Assembly: GCA_963776845.1 (NCBI GenBank)
Contig: CAVZOJ010000002.1
Location: 611,979 to 675,978, forward strand
Source: an uncultured Alphaproteobacteria bacterium
GTDB lineage: Bacteria > Pseudomonadota > Alphaproteobacteria > Rhodobacterales > Rhodobacteraceae
DNA length: 64,000 nucleotides
Reading direction: 5' to 3'
Part shown: in pieces, positions 12,173 to 22,147 of the stretch
How positions within the stretch are numbered: position 1 is the stretch's first letter
How the letters are laid out: every line of letters starts with the position of its first letter
Translations under genes and position numbers: made by a program
The notes under the pieces: generated by a model
Databases searched by the model: none
What the model saw: only the letters and a program-made list of their open reading frames with translations
Told to the model about the DNA's origin: nothing

Positions 12173-13021
12173 ATGTTCCCCAGGCCCATCCAGAGCGCCT
12201 CGCGGCCCGCTCAGGCGACCTATCAGGCGATGATCCCGCTGGCGCTGCTGCTGTGGCTCGCGCCGCTGATCGCGGTGGCCGTCTTCTCGATCAAGCCGGA
12301 CGTCGATTTCACGACCGGCAACTACTGGGGCTGGCCCAGCCGGTTCGAGGGGGCCGCGAACTACGGCAAGGTCTTCTTCGAGAGCGACATGCCGCGCTAC
12401 CTGATGAATTCGGTCCTGATCACGGTGCCCACGGTGATCGGGGCGGTGGCGCTATCCTGCATGACGGGCTTCGCGCTGGGGGTGTACAAGTTCCGCGGCA
12501 ACCTCTGGATCTTCTTCATGTTCGTCGCGGGCAACTTCGTGCCGTTCCAGATCCTGATGGTTCCGGTGCGCGACCTGACGCTCGACCTCGGGCTCTACAA
12601 CACCAAGACCGGGCTGGTGCTGTTCCACATCGCGTTCCAGACCGGGTTCTGCACGCTCTTCATGCGCAACTTCATCCGCGCGCTGCCGTTCGAACTGATC
12701 GAGGCCGCGCGGGTCGAGGGGGTGGCGGAGTGGCGGATTTTCTGGTTCGTCGTGCTGCCGCTGATGAAGCCCGCGATCGCGGCGCTGTCGGTGCTGATCT
12801 TCACCTTCATCTGGAACGACTACTTCTGGGCCGTCGTGCTGACCCAGGGTGCCGAGAGCCAGCCGGTGACGGCGGGCATCACCAGCTTCAACGCGCAGTA
12901 TCGGGCGGCCTATCACCTGATGAGCGCGGGCAGTATCGTGGCCGCCTTGCCGCCGGTGGCGATGTTCTTCCTGATGCAGCGCCACTTCATCGCGGGCCTG
13001 ACCCTTGGGGCGGTGAAGTGA
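12173..13021 (+). CDS. sugar ABC transporter permease (MalG/UgpE-like)
   Basis: Permease with an EAA loop (EAARVEGVAEWRIFWFVVLPLMKP). It starts 1 nt after the upstream stop. Confidence 0.9.
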   Translation: MFPRPIQSASRPAQATYQAMIPLALLLWLAPLIAVAVFSIKPDVDFTTGNYWGWPSRFEGAANYGKVFFESDMPRYLMNSVLITVPTVIGAVALSCMTGFALGVYKFRGNLWIFFMFVAGNFVPFQILMVPVRDLTLDLGLYNTKTGLVLFHIAFQTGFCTLFMRNFIRALPFELIEAARVEGVAEWRIFWFVVLPLMKPAIAALSVLIFTFIWNDYFWAVVLTQGAESQPVTAGITSFNAQYRAAYHLMSAGSIVAALPPVAMFFLMQRHFIAGLTLGAVK

Positions 13022-15105
13022 TCCGCTGCTGGCTGCTTCGCGACGCCGGTCAGAGCCTCGTCCTTGCGACGGAGGACGAGCGGCTTCCCCAGGTGGTCTA
13101 CTGGGGTCCGCGGCTGCCGGACGGTGAAGACCTAGCGGCCATCGCCGCGGCACATGCACGCGACGTCACCGGCGGCATGCTCGACGTCAATCCCGACCTC
13201 TCGATCTGCCCCGAGGCGAGTCGCAGCTTTCCGGGTCAGCCCGGCCTTGTGGTGCGGGACGAAGTCGGCGCGCCGATGCTGCCCACGTTCCGTTTCGCCA
13301 GCGAGGCGGCGGCGGACGACAGGCTCGACCTGACCTACCGCGACGAGGCGTCCTGCCTGACCTATCGGGCCGCGTTCGCCATCGACCAAGAAACGGGGAT
13401 GGTTGCCGCCCGCGCCAGCTTGGAGGCGGACGCGCCCATCCGTCTCGACTGGCTCTGCGCGCCGGCCTTTCCCGCGTCCGACCTCTGCGGCGAGATGATC
13501 GACCTGGCGGGGCGGTGGTGCGGCGAGTTCACGACGAACCGCGTGCCCTGGACCCCCGGCATCCGGCTGCGCGAGAACCGTACGGGCCGGACCGGGCACG
13601 AGCACCTTCCGTTGCTCTACCTGCCCGAACCCGGAGCCGTGAACACGGCGGGAACCGTCACCGCCTTCCACTACGGATGGTCTGGCGGACACCGCATGGT
13701 GGCCGAGGAACTGCCGGACGGGCGGCGCCAGGTCCAGTTCGGCCACGCCGCGCAGACCGAACGGACGCCGGCGACCCGCTTCGAGACGGCGACGCTTTAC
13801 GCCTGTCGTTCGGACCGTGGTCTGAACGGCTGTGCCGTCGCTTTCCAGCGCCACCTTCGTGACCGGATCGTCACCTGGCCCAAGCCCGGCGCCCCGCGGC
13901 CCGTCCACTACAACTGCTGGGAGGCGGTCTACTTCCGGCATTCACTGACCGAACTGAAGGAGATCGCGAGCCGTGCCGCGGCCTTGGGCGCGGAGCGCTT
14001 CGTTCTCGACGACGGCTGGTTCGGGCGGCGCGACGACGACACCTCATCGCTTGGCGACTGGGAGGTCGACAGGCGCAAGTGGCCTGAGGGACTCGGTCCG
14101 CTGATCGACCATGTGCACGATCAGGGCATGACGTTCGGCATCTGGTTCGAGCCGGAGATGGCGAACCCCGACAGCGGCCTCCTGAGGGCGCATCCGGACT
14201 GGGCGCTCGGCGCGGAGGACCAGGTTCTGGGCCGGCACCAGAAGGTGCTCGACATGGGCAACGCCGAAGTCCGTGATTACCTGTTCGAGCGGATCGCGGC
14301 GCTCCTGTCCGCCCACGACGTCGACTACGTCAAGTGGGACCACAACCGCGTCCTGCCGTTTCCGGATGCGGCGCAGGCTCGTGGCACATATTCGCTGTTC
14401 GAAAGGTTGCGAACTGCGTTCCCGAGTACAGAGTTCGAGAGCTGTGCCAGCGGCGGTGGGCGCATCGACTTCGGCATCCTCGCGCACACTCAGCGCGTCT
14501 GGCTGTCGGACTCGAACGATGCGCTCGAGCGACTGCGGATCCAGCACGAAGCGGCGCTCCTGTTGCCGCTCGCGGTCACCGGCAGCCATGTCGGTCCGCG
14601 CGTCTGCCACACATCCGGGCGCACCCTCGACATCAGCTTCCGGGCTTGGGTCGCGGCGCAGCGCCACTTGGGCTTCGAGATGGACCCGCGAGAACTGACG
14701 GAGGACGAGGCACGAGTTCTGCGTGACGTCACCGCCTGGTGGAAACGCAATCGCGACTGGATGGCGGCGGGCGATATCCTGCGGCTCGACAGCGCGGACC
14801 CGGTGGTGATCGCGGAGCAGCAGATGTCGCGCGACGGTGCACGCTTCGTGGTGTTCGCGGGCGTCGCGCGCGCCTCAGCCCAGATCGCGCCGCGGCCCCT
14901 GCGGCTGACCGGGCTCGACCCCGAGGCGCGCTACCGCGTCGCGCTCCTCAATCGCGGTGACGCGGCGCCGGGGCTCTCACGCGGGCGCGTGGCGTTGAAG
15001 GACGGCGCCCTCGAGACCTCGGGCCGGTACTTGCTGGCGAACGGCGTGACCTTGCCATGGAGTTTCCCCGAGCGGATGTGGGTGCTGGAGGGAGAGCGGC
15101 TATGA
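13018..15105 (+). CDS. alpha-galactosidase, glycoside hydrolase family 36
   Basis: GTG 13018 overlaps the permease stop (GTGA). Motifs: VHYNCWEAVYF, FVLDDGWFGRRDDD, YVKWDHNR (nucleophile region), ESCASGGGRIDFG. The N-terminal 255 codons of ORF 12253..15105 are an out-of-frame read through the permease. Confidence 0.9.
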   Translation: MIRCWLLRDAGQSLVLATEDERLPQVVYWGPRLPDGEDLAAIAAAHARDVTGGMLDVNPDLSICPEASRSFPGQPGLVVRDEVGAPMLPTFRFASEAAADDRLDLTYRDEASCLTYRAAFAIDQETGMVAARASLEADAPIRLDWLCAPAFPASDLCGEMIDLAGRWCGEFTTNRVPWTPGIRLRENRTGRTGHEHLPLLYLPEPGAVNTAGTVTAFHYGWSGGHRMVAEELPDGRRQVQFGHAAQTERTPATRFETATLYACRSDRGLNGCAVAFQRHLRDRIVTWPKPGAPRPVHYNCWEAVYFRHSLTELKEIASRAAALGAERFVLDDGWFGRRDDDTSSLGDWEVDRRKWPEGLGPLIDHVHDQGMTFGIWFEPEMANPDSGLLRAHPDWALGAEDQVLGRHQKVLDMGNAEVRDYLFERIAALLSAHDVDYVKWDHNRVLPFPDAAQARGTYSLFERLRTAFPSTEFESCASGGGRIDFGILAHTQRVWLSDSNDALERLRIQHEAALLLPLAVTGSHVGPRVCHTSGRTLDISFRAWVAAQRHLGFEMDPRELTEDEARVLRDVTAWWKRNRDWMAAGDILRLDSADPVVIAEQQMSRDGARFVVFAGVARASAQIAPRPLRLTGLDPEARYRVALLNRGDAAPGLSRGRVALKDGALETSGRYLLANGVTLPWSFPERMWVLEGERL

Positions 15106-15145
15106 TGCGCATTCTGTTCGCGAAACCAGTGTCGGTGGTGCGCTG

Positions 15146-16059
15146 ATGGCTGATCTCGACTGGATTGCGGTGGACTGGGGTACGTCGAACCAGCGGGCTT
15201 GGCTCCTTGGCACCGAGGGAGAGGTGCTATCCCGGCACAGGTCCGATCGCGGCATGAACGCGATCGGCCGGGACGGGTTCGAACCCGCGCTCCTCGACCT
15301 CGTCGGCGACAGGCTCCCGCAAACGGGCAAGATTGCCGTCATCATCTGCGGGATGGCCGGCTCGCGACAGGGATGGGCCGAGGCGCCCTACCGCAGCGTC
15401 CCCTGCGCGCCGCCGGGGCTTGCCGACGCAACGATGAGTGACGACGGTCGATCCACGGCTCGACGTGCGCATCCTGCCCGGCATCAAGCAGCCGCGCCCC
15501 GCAGACGTCATGCGTGGAGAGGAAACGCAGATCGCGGGCATCTTCTCCGCGCAGCCGGATTTCGATGGGGTCATCTGCCTGCCCGGGACACACACGAAGT
15601 GGGTGCAGGTCAGCGCGGGCGAGGTGGTGAGCTTTCGCACGTTCATGACGGGCGAGATCTTCTCGCTCCTCGCCGGCCAGTCCGGTCCTGCGGCACACTG
15701 TCGGCGCGAGCGGCTGGGACGATGCGGCGTTTCGCGATGCGCTGGCCGAAGGAATGTCGCATCCGGCGCAGATGGCTGCGACGCTGTTCTCGCTGCGTGC
15801 CACTGCGCTCCTGGAGGATCTGCCACCGGCGACGGCACGGGCGCGCCTTTCCGGAACGCTGATCGGGATGGAACTCGCCGCGGCGCGGGCCTACTGGCTT
15901 GGCCAGCGGCTCATCGTTGCCGGCGATGGCGGCATCGCGGACGCCTATGCGACGGCGCTTGGCGCGCAGGGCTGCGAGATCGCGCAACTCGATGTGAACG
16001 ACGTGACGCTCGCGGGTCTCGCGGCGGCGCGAGCCGAATTGCGGGAGGCGCGGACGTGA
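15146..16059 (+). pseudogene. dgoK: 2-dehydro-3-deoxygalactonokinase, frame broken by two 1-nt insertions (about 15437 and about 15684)
   Basis: The gene is split into three pieces in successive +1 frames. Piece 1: N-terminus IAVDWGTSNQRAW...ICGMAGSRQGWAEAPY...GLADATM. Piece 2: VTTVDPRLDVRILPGIKQ...DVMRGEETQIAG...LPGTHTKWVQV...SLLAGQS. Piece 3: VLRHTVGASGWDDAAF...LIGMELAAA... Length is 3n+2. Confidence 0.85.
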
Positions 16060-16661
16060 GCAGGGAAATCATCGCGATACTCCGTGGCATCACGCCGGCC
16101 GAAGCCGTGCCGATCTGCGAGATCCTGATCGCGGCAGGCATCACCCGCATCGAGGTGCCGCTGAACTCGCCGGAGCCGTTCAACAGCATCGCGCGGATGC
16201 TTGCCGCGGCCGAGGGCCGTGCAATTATCGGGGCCGGCACCGTCCTGACGACGCAGGACGTCGACCGGCTCGCCGGGATCGGCGCGCAAATGATCGTGTC
16301 GCCGGACTGCAACCCGGAGGTCGTGCGCGCGACCAAGGCGGCGGGCCTTCTGTCATATCCGGGCGTCTTCACCGCGACGGAGTGCTTCTCGGCACTGCGA
16401 AACGGCGCCGACGGCCTGAAGTTTTTTCCCGCCTTCAAGCTCGGCCCCGACGGTCTGCAGGCGCTGGCGGCGGTTCTGCCCAAAGGGGTGGCGACTTACG
16501 CCGTGGGGGGCGTCGGCGCCGACGATTTCGCTACGTGGCGCGCCGCGGGGGTGACGGGATTCGGCATCGGCTCAAGCCTCTACCGCCCCGGCGCGTCACC
16601 CGATGATGTCGCCAGCCGGGCGGCGGACCTTGTCGCGGCGTGGGACGCTGTGGCGGCCTGA
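16056..16661 (+). CDS. dgoA: 2-dehydro-3-deoxy-6-phosphogalactonate aldolase
   Basis: GTG 16056 overlaps the dgoK stop (GTGA). Motifs: IIAILRGITP, ITRIEVPLNSPEP, IGAGTVLT, KFFPA. Confidence 0.85.
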   Translation: MSREIIAILRGITPAEAVPICEILIAAGITRIEVPLNSPEPFNSIARMLAAAEGRAIIGAGTVLTTQDVDRLAGIGAQMIVSPDCNPEVVRATKAAGLLSYPGVFTATECFSALRNGADGLKFFPAFKLGPDGLQALAAVLPKGVATYAVGGVGADDFATWRAAGVTGFGIGSSLYRPGASPDDVASRAADLVAAWDAVAA

Positions 16662-16684
16662 CCCACGCGAACAGAGGCACCCGG

Positions 16685-18598
16685 ATGCAGCGCACGCTCG
16701 GCACTTGCTACTATCCCGAACATTGGCCGCGCGAGATCTGGGAGGATGATGCGCGCCGGATGGTCGATGCGGGCCTCACCTGGGTGCGGATCGGCGAGTT
16801 CGCGTGGAAGAGGATCGAGCCTCGACCGGACGTCTTTGAGTGGGAATGGCTCGACGAGGCGATCGAGGTCCTGGGCGGCGCAGGCCTCAAGGTCGTGCTC
16901 GGCACGCCCACGGCGACGCCCCCGCGCTGGATGCTGCGCAGGCATCCCGACATGCTCGCCGTCGATGCCGAGGGGCGGCCGCGCAGGTTCGGGTCGCGCC
17001 GGCACTACTGCTTCTCGCATCGCGGCTATCTCGGAGAGTGCCGCCGCATCGTCACCCGCCTCGCCGACCGCTACGGTCGGAACCCCCTTATCGCCGCATG
17101 GCAGACCGACAACGAGTACGGCTGCCACGACACCATCATTTCGTATTCCGAGGCGGCGCGGGTCGCCTTTCGCGACTGGCTGGCGCACCGACACCAGTCG
17201 ATCGAGGCGCTGAACCGCGCATGGGGCAACGTCTTCTGGTCGATGGAGTATGACGACTTCGACGAGATCGACCTGCCCAACCTGACCGTGACGGAGCCGA
17301 ACCCGGCGCATGCGCTGGCTTTCCGCCGGTTTTCCTCCGACCAGGTCGTCGCCTTCAACCGCGTGCAGGCCGAGATCATCCGCGCCCGATCCGACGCGCC
17401 GATCGCGCACAACTACATGGGCCGCGAGATCGCCTTCGACCATTTCGCCGTCGGTGCCGATCTCGACATCGCGACCTGGGATTCCTATCCGTTGGGCTTT
17501 CTCGAGGACCGCGTCGGCGCCGACGACGACGCCAAGCGCCGCTACGCTCGCCAGGGCGACCCGGACTTCCAGGCGTTCCACCACGATCTCTACCGCACCG
17601 TCGGCCGGGGCCGGTGGTGGGTGATGGAACAGCAGCCGGGGCCGGTGAACTGGGCACCCTACAACCCCGCGCCGCTGCCAGGCATGGTCCGGCTCTGGAC
17701 GTGGGAGGCCTTCGCGCACGGCGCGGAGGCGGTCTGCTACTTTCGCTGGCGGCAGGCGGCGTTTGCGCAGGAGCAGTTGCATTCCGGCCTCCTGCGGCCG
17801 GATAGCGCCGATGCGCCGGCACTCGACGAGGTTCGAAAGGTCGCCGGCGAGGTTGCTGACAGCCCGGCGGTTGCGGCGGAGCCCGCGCATGTTGCGCTGG
17901 TCTTCGACTACGATGCGGCGTGGGCGTGGCAGGTGCAGCCGCACGGGGCCGGGCTTTCGTACTTCGATCTCGTCCTCGACCACTATCGCGCCCTGCGCCG
18001 CGCTGGGCTTTCGGTGGACGTCGTGCCGCCCGACGCGGCCTTCGACGACTATGCGATGATTCTTGCGCCCGGAATGATGCACATGACGGAGGCCCTGAAG
18101 GACAAACTGTCGGAGACAGGCGCCGAGGTGCTTCTCGGTCCGCGATCCGCGGCGCGGACTGCCGAATTCTCGATCCCGGTGCCGCTTCCTCCCGCGATCC
18201 CCGGCCTGGACGTTGTCGTCAGTCGCGTGGAGAGCCTGCGACCGGACATGCCCGTGCCGCTCGCCGGGGGCGGTTCCGTGACCCGCTATCTCGAGGAGAT
18301 CGTGGGCACCGCAGAGACCGTTCTGTCTTCGACTTCCGGCGCCCCGGTCGCCATGCGCGCGGCGAAGATGACATACATGGCGGGGTGGGGAGACGCGCTG
18401 GCTCTCGACCGGCTGGTCGCCGAACTTGCCCGGCGGTCCGGTGTCGTTACCCGCCGGATGCCCGACGGTGTCCGCATTCGCGAGACGGGCAGCGATCGCT
18501 TCTGGTTCAACCACAATGCCCATCCGGTGGAGACTGAGATCGGCAGCCTCGAGCCGGCCGGCGTCCTGCGAGAGCCGCTTGATGATGGCGGTGCGTAG
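16685..18598 (+). CDS. beta-galactosidase, glycoside hydrolase family 42
   Basis: Inner ATG (MQRTLGTCYYPEHWP...). Motifs: LGTPTATPPRWM, WQTDNEYGCH (acid/base region). Length is typical of GH42. Confidence 0.9.
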   Translation: MQRTLGTCYYPEHWPREIWEDDARRMVDAGLTWVRIGEFAWKRIEPRPDVFEWEWLDEAIEVLGGAGLKVVLGTPTATPPRWMLRRHPDMLAVDAEGRPRRFGSRRHYCFSHRGYLGECRRIVTRLADRYGRNPLIAAWQTDNEYGCHDTIISYSEAARVAFRDWLAHRHQSIEALNRAWGNVFWSMEYDDFDEIDLPNLTVTEPNPAHALAFRRFSSDQVVAFNRVQAEIIRARSDAPIAHNYMGREIAFDHFAVGADLDIATWDSYPLGFLEDRVGADDDAKRRYARQGDPDFQAFHHDLYRTVGRGRWWVMEQQPGPVNWAPYNPAPLPGMVRLWTWEAFAHGAEAVCYFRWRQAAFAQEQLHSGLLRPDSADAPALDEVRKVAGEVADSPAVAAEPAHVALVFDYDAAWAWQVQPHGAGLSYFDLVLDHYRALRRAGLSVDVVPPDAAFDDYAMILAPGMMHMTEALKDKLSETGAEVLLGPRSAARTAEFSIPVPLPPAIPGLDVVVSRVESLRPDMPVPLAGGGSVTRYLEEIVGTAETVLSSTSGAPVAMRAAKMTYMAGWGDALALDRLVAELARRSGVVTRRMPDGVRIRETGSDRFWFNHNAHPVETEIGSLEPAGVLREPLDDGGA

Positions 18599-18673
18599 TC
18601 GCTCGAGTGAATTCTTTCCGCAAGACGACGCACGGGGGTAGCGACGGGGCGCTCCGGTCGCGGGGTGCCAAGC

Positions 18674-19418
18674 TCAGCGGGCCAGGAACGACACGGTGAG
18701 GGCGACACCCACGAGCCCGATCGCCCAACGCAGCGGGCGTACCGGCACCAGGCGCGTGAGGCTCGCACCAACGTATCCGCCCAGGAGGCCGCCCGCCAGC
18801 ACAACGCCGGCGGCGACCCAGTCCACCAGGCCGGACAATGAGAGCGGAATGACGGCGGTCGTGTTGATCGCGAAGGCGAGAAGGTTCTTCTGAGCGTTGG
18901 CCAGGTGGAGGTCGGCCGCCCCGGCCAGGGTCAGGACCGCCAGCAGCATGAAGCCGAGGCCCGCGCCGAAATAGCCGCCGTAGACGCCGCAGAGAAACAG
19001 CAGGCTGCCGGTCAGCCATCGTCCGGCGCCGCCTGGCACGTGGCGCGCGACGAATGTCGGCAGCCGATCTCCGGCGATGATGGCGCCGACGGCCAGGGCC
19101 AGGCAGAACGGAACGATCGTCACGAAGGCCGCTTCCGAAGATAGGATCAGGGCGACGGCGCCGCTGAGGGCGCCCGCGAGCACCGGCCAGGCGCGCCGCC
19201 AGAATCCGCCGCCCCTCCGCGGCAAGCTCCCCCCGATAGACCCAAGCTGCCGCGAGTTGCGCCGGCCAGAGCGCTATCGTCCCCGTTACGTTGGCCGACA
19301 GCGGCGGCAGGCCGGCGCCGAGCAGCATCGGAAAGACGAAGAGCTTCGCGCCACCCGCCGCCGCGTTGATGGCACCGCCGACGATGCCCGCCGCGAAGAA
19401 CAGAAGCAGCTCGCTCAT
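18674..19418 (-). pseudogene. sulfite exporter TauE/SafE family protein (copy 2), frame broken by a 1-nt insertion in the C6 run 19229-19234 (G6 on the coding strand)
   Basis: ATG 19418 overlaps the GntR stop (ATGA). The N-terminus MSELLLFFAAGIVGGAINAAAGGAKLFVFPML...AAAWVYRG is in one frame. SLPRRGGGFWRRAWPVLAGALSG... continues to the end in ORF 18674..19225. Length is 3n+1. Confidence 0.8.
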
Positions 19419-20086
19419 GCGTCGGACAGCGAGCGGCGCAGGTCGGCTTCGGTCGCCCTGTAGTGCGCCTCGGTGAGGCGGCAGGCGGCATCGACGTCGC
19501 GCGCCAGCACGGCCTTGGCGATCGCCGCGTGCTCCGCGCCGAGGTCGCGGCCGGAGCCGTCCGAGACCGCGACCCGCCGGTAGCGCTCCGCCAGATGGGT
19601 CAGGTTGCTGCGAATCCGAAGGAGCCAGCGCGAGCCGCAGGCCGCGACCATCGCATCGTGGAACGCGGTGTTCGCCCGCTCCCACGCGTCGCCGCCGGGC
19701 CGCCCGTCGGAATCGGCCTTGGCCATAAGATAGGCGGCGGAGACGACGCCACCCTCCCACGCATCCTCGCCGTTCCGGATCGACAGGCGCAGTGCCTCGC
19801 GCTCGACCGCGACCCGCGCCTCGGTCAGGTCGGTGAACTCCTCGGGGTCGAGGTCTGCGACGCGAAAGCCGCGATTGCCCTCGGCCGCGACCAGGCCCTC
19901 GGCGCGGAGGCGTTGCAGCGCCTCGCGCAGCGGGGTCGGCCCGATCCCGTAGACCTCGCGCAGGCGCTCGACGCCGAGGCGTTCTCCGGGTTTTCGCACC
20001 CCCGCGATGATGTCCTGCCGCAGCCGGCGCCAGGCGGTCTCCGTGAGGGTCTCACCAGACTGAAGCGGTGTGGTCGTGGCGATCAT
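19415..20086 (-). CDS. GntR family transcriptional regulator (FadR/FCD subfamily)
   Basis: wHTH (RLGVERLREVYGIGPTPLREALQRLRAEGLV) followed by a helical FCD-type C-terminal domain. Confidence 0.9.
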   Translation of the reverse strand: MIATTTPLQSGETLTETAWRRLRQDIIAGVRKPGERLGVERLREVYGIGPTPLREALQRLRAEGLVAAEGNRGFRVADLDPEEFTDLTEARVAVEREALRLSIRNGEDAWEGGVVSAAYLMAKADSDGRPGGDAWERANTAFHDAMVAACGSRWLLRIRSNLTHLAERYRRVAVSDGSGRDLGAEHAAIAKAVLARDVDAACRLTEAHYRATEADLRRSLSDA

Positions 20087-20160
20087 CGGACTCCGGCAAT
20101 TGACAGTCGGTCGATCTTGGCTACCCTGGATTATCGAGATTTCTGGGGAGTGTCGAGAAT

Positions 20161-21024
20161 ATGCGTCTTGTCACTTTTGCACGTTCCGGAAGCGTCGGAG
20201 CAGGCGTCTTGGAAGGTGAGGAGATCCGCGTCTTCGCGGACGGGCCTGGTGCCGATCGCGCCGTTCTCGACGTCGTCATGGCGAGCGGTGCGCTTCCGGA
20301 ACCTTCGAGCGGGCAGGGCACCATCGCATTGGCGGACGTGCGCCTCCTCGCTCCGATCCCGTCGCCGCGCAGCGCGATCTACTGCGTCGGCAAGAATTAC
20401 CACGCGCACGCCGCGGAGTTTCACGGGTCCGGCTTCGACAGCACCAGCAAGGAAGTCGTGCCGCAGCACCCCGTCATCTTCACCAAGCCGCCGGGCAGCG
20501 TCGTCGGCCCTGGTGAGCCGGTGAAAGGGTCGCTCGACCCGACCGGAACCGTCGACTACGAGGGCGAGCTTGGCGTCGTCATCGGGAAGACGGCGTTTCA
20601 GGTTGCGAGGGCCGACGCCTACGACCACGTCTTCGGCTATGTCGCGATGAACGACGTCACCTCTCGTGAATTGCAGCGCAAGCACGGCCAGTGGACTATC
20701 GGCAAGGGCCTCGACACCTTCTGCCCGATGGGACCATTCCTGGTGACGGCCGACGAGGTGGGCGACGTTGCGCAGCTGGAGCTCGTGACCGAGATCAACG
20801 GTGAGGTGCGCCAGAAGGCTTTGGTCGCGGATCTGGTCTTCGACATTCCCACGCTGATCGAGACGATGAGCGCGACGATGACGCTGCACCCCGGCGACAT
20901 CATCGCGACCGGCACACCCGCAGGCGTCGGTATCGGCTTCGATCCGCCGAAGTACCTCGCGAAGGGCGACGTCATGCGCGTGTCCATCACCGGGCTTGGC
21001 GTACTGGAGAACACGATCGAATGA
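20161..21024 (+). CDS. fumarylacetoacetate hydrolase (FAH) family protein
   Basis: IYCVGKNYHAHAAE, DYEGELGVVIGK, TFCPMGPF, PGDIIATGTPAGVG. Confidence 0.9.
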   Translation: MRLVTFARSGSVGAGVLEGEEIRVFADGPGADRAVLDVVMASGALPEPSSGQGTIALADVRLLAPIPSPRSAIYCVGKNYHAHAAEFHGSGFDSTSKEVVPQHPVIFTKPPGSVVGPGEPVKGSLDPTGTVDYEGELGVVIGKTAFQVARADAYDHVFGYVAMNDVTSRELQRKHGQWTIGKGLDTFCPMGPFLVTADEVGDVAQLELVTEINGEVRQKALVADLVFDIPTLIETMSATMTLHPGDIIATGTPAGVGIGFDPPKYLAKGDVMRVSITGLGVLENTIE

Positions 21025-21061
21025 CCGGCGCGAAGCCGGCCGAACTGGGAGGAGGAAGATC

Positions 21062-22129
21062 ATGTTGAAACCGACAGTCGCTGCAGCCGCCATTCTCGCG
21101 GCGGTGCCCGCCACCGCGCAGGAGGTGGATTTCTCGGGCGAGACCATCGAGGTCGTCGTGCCGTTCGGGCCAGGCGGCGCGACCTTCGTCTCGGCAAAGT
21201 TTCTCGAGCCGTTCTTCGAGAAGCACCTGCCGGGCAATCCCGACATCGACGTCGTCGACCGGCCCGGAGGCGGCTCGATCCTCGGCGCCAATTGGTTCGA
21301 GCAGAACGCCGAATCCGACGGGACGACGATCCTCTTCACCACGTCGTCGACGGCGAACCCCTTCGTGCTGGGGCAGGAGGGGGTCGAGTACCGCCTCGGC
21401 GAGTACCGGGTCGCCTACAGCCATCCGTTCAGCTCGGTCGCCTACATCGCGCCGCGCCTCGGTGTCGAGGAAGCGGCCCAGATCAAGGAGGCGTCCGAGC
21501 CGCTGGTCTATGGCGGCATTGCCGCCGCGGCGTCGGACCTTCCGGCGCTGCTGTCGTTCGAGGTCCTCGATCTCGACGTCAACGCCGTCCTCGGCTTCGA
21601 CGGACGCGGTCCTGTGCGGCTGGCGTTCGACCGTGGCGAAGTCAACATCGACTACCAGTTCACGCCGGTCTACCTGACGCAGGTCGTCCCCTCGATCGAG
21701 GAGGGCAACGCGATCGCGCTCTGGACCGGCGGTGCGGTCGGACCCGATGGCCAGTTGACCCAGCCCGACCCGATCGCGCCGGACCTGCCGCCAGTCTATG
21801 AGGTCTACCGGACGCTCTACGGCGAGGAACCGTCAGGCATCGAGTGGGACGCGTTCAACGCCATCGCCAGCGTCACCTACGCCTACGGCCTCACTGCCTA
21901 CATGCACCCCGACACCCCGCAGGAGGTGCTGGACGCATTTGCGCAGGCGGTCGAGGACATCAACGCCGACCCCGAGTTCCAGGCAGCGAGTCAGGAAGTG
22001 ACCGCCGGTGCGCGCCTCTCCGCCGGGCCTGAGACCGAGCAGGCGATCAAGAACGCACTGAACGCCTCTGACGAGGTTAAGCAGTACCTCCGCGACCTGC
22101 TGAGCGAGAAGTACGGCGTGAACTTCTGA
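21062..22129 (+). CDS. tctC: tripartite tricarboxylate transporter substrate-binding protein (TctC/Bug family)
   Basis: ATG 21062 follows GGAGGAAG, then a signal peptide. IEVVVPFGPGGATFVSAKF...DRPGGGSILGANW is typical of the Bug/TctC family. Confidence 0.8.
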   Translation: MLKPTVAAAAILAAVPATAQEVDFSGETIEVVVPFGPGGATFVSAKFLEPFFEKHLPGNPDIDVVDRPGGGSILGANWFEQNAESDGTTILFTTSSTANPFVLGQEGVEYRLGEYRVAYSHPFSSVAYIAPRLGVEEAAQIKEASEPLVYGGIAAAASDLPALLSFEVLDLDVNAVLGFDGRGPVRLAFDRGEVNIDYQFTPVYLTQVVPSIEEGNAIALWTGGAVGPDGQLTQPDPIAPDLPPVYEVYRTLYGEEPSGIEWDAFNAIASVTYAYGLTAYMHPDTPQEVLDAFAQAVEDINADPEFQAASQEVTAGARLSAGPETEQAIKNALNASDEVKQYLRDLLSEKYGVNF

Positions 22130-22147
22130 TCGACGGAGGGCGGCGAC

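Noticed and set aside
12253-13017. N-terminal 255 codons of the 950-aa ORF 12253..15105.
   Set aside because: This part overlaps the MalG-like permease out of frame and is compositionally junk. Alpha-galactosidase homology begins at GTG 13018, which overlaps the permease stop.
16580-18523. 647-aa ORF antisense to the GH42 gene. Similar long antisense or out-of-frame ORFs occur at 36952-38784, 53502-55124, 43308-44669, 21833-22984, 25826-27262, 11092-12189 and 62057-63622.
   Set aside because: These have Arg/Pro/Gly/Ala-rich low-complexity translations and no recognisable motifs. Each lies opposite or out of frame to a gene with clear family signatures. Stop-poor shadow frames of this kind are expected in high-GC DNA.
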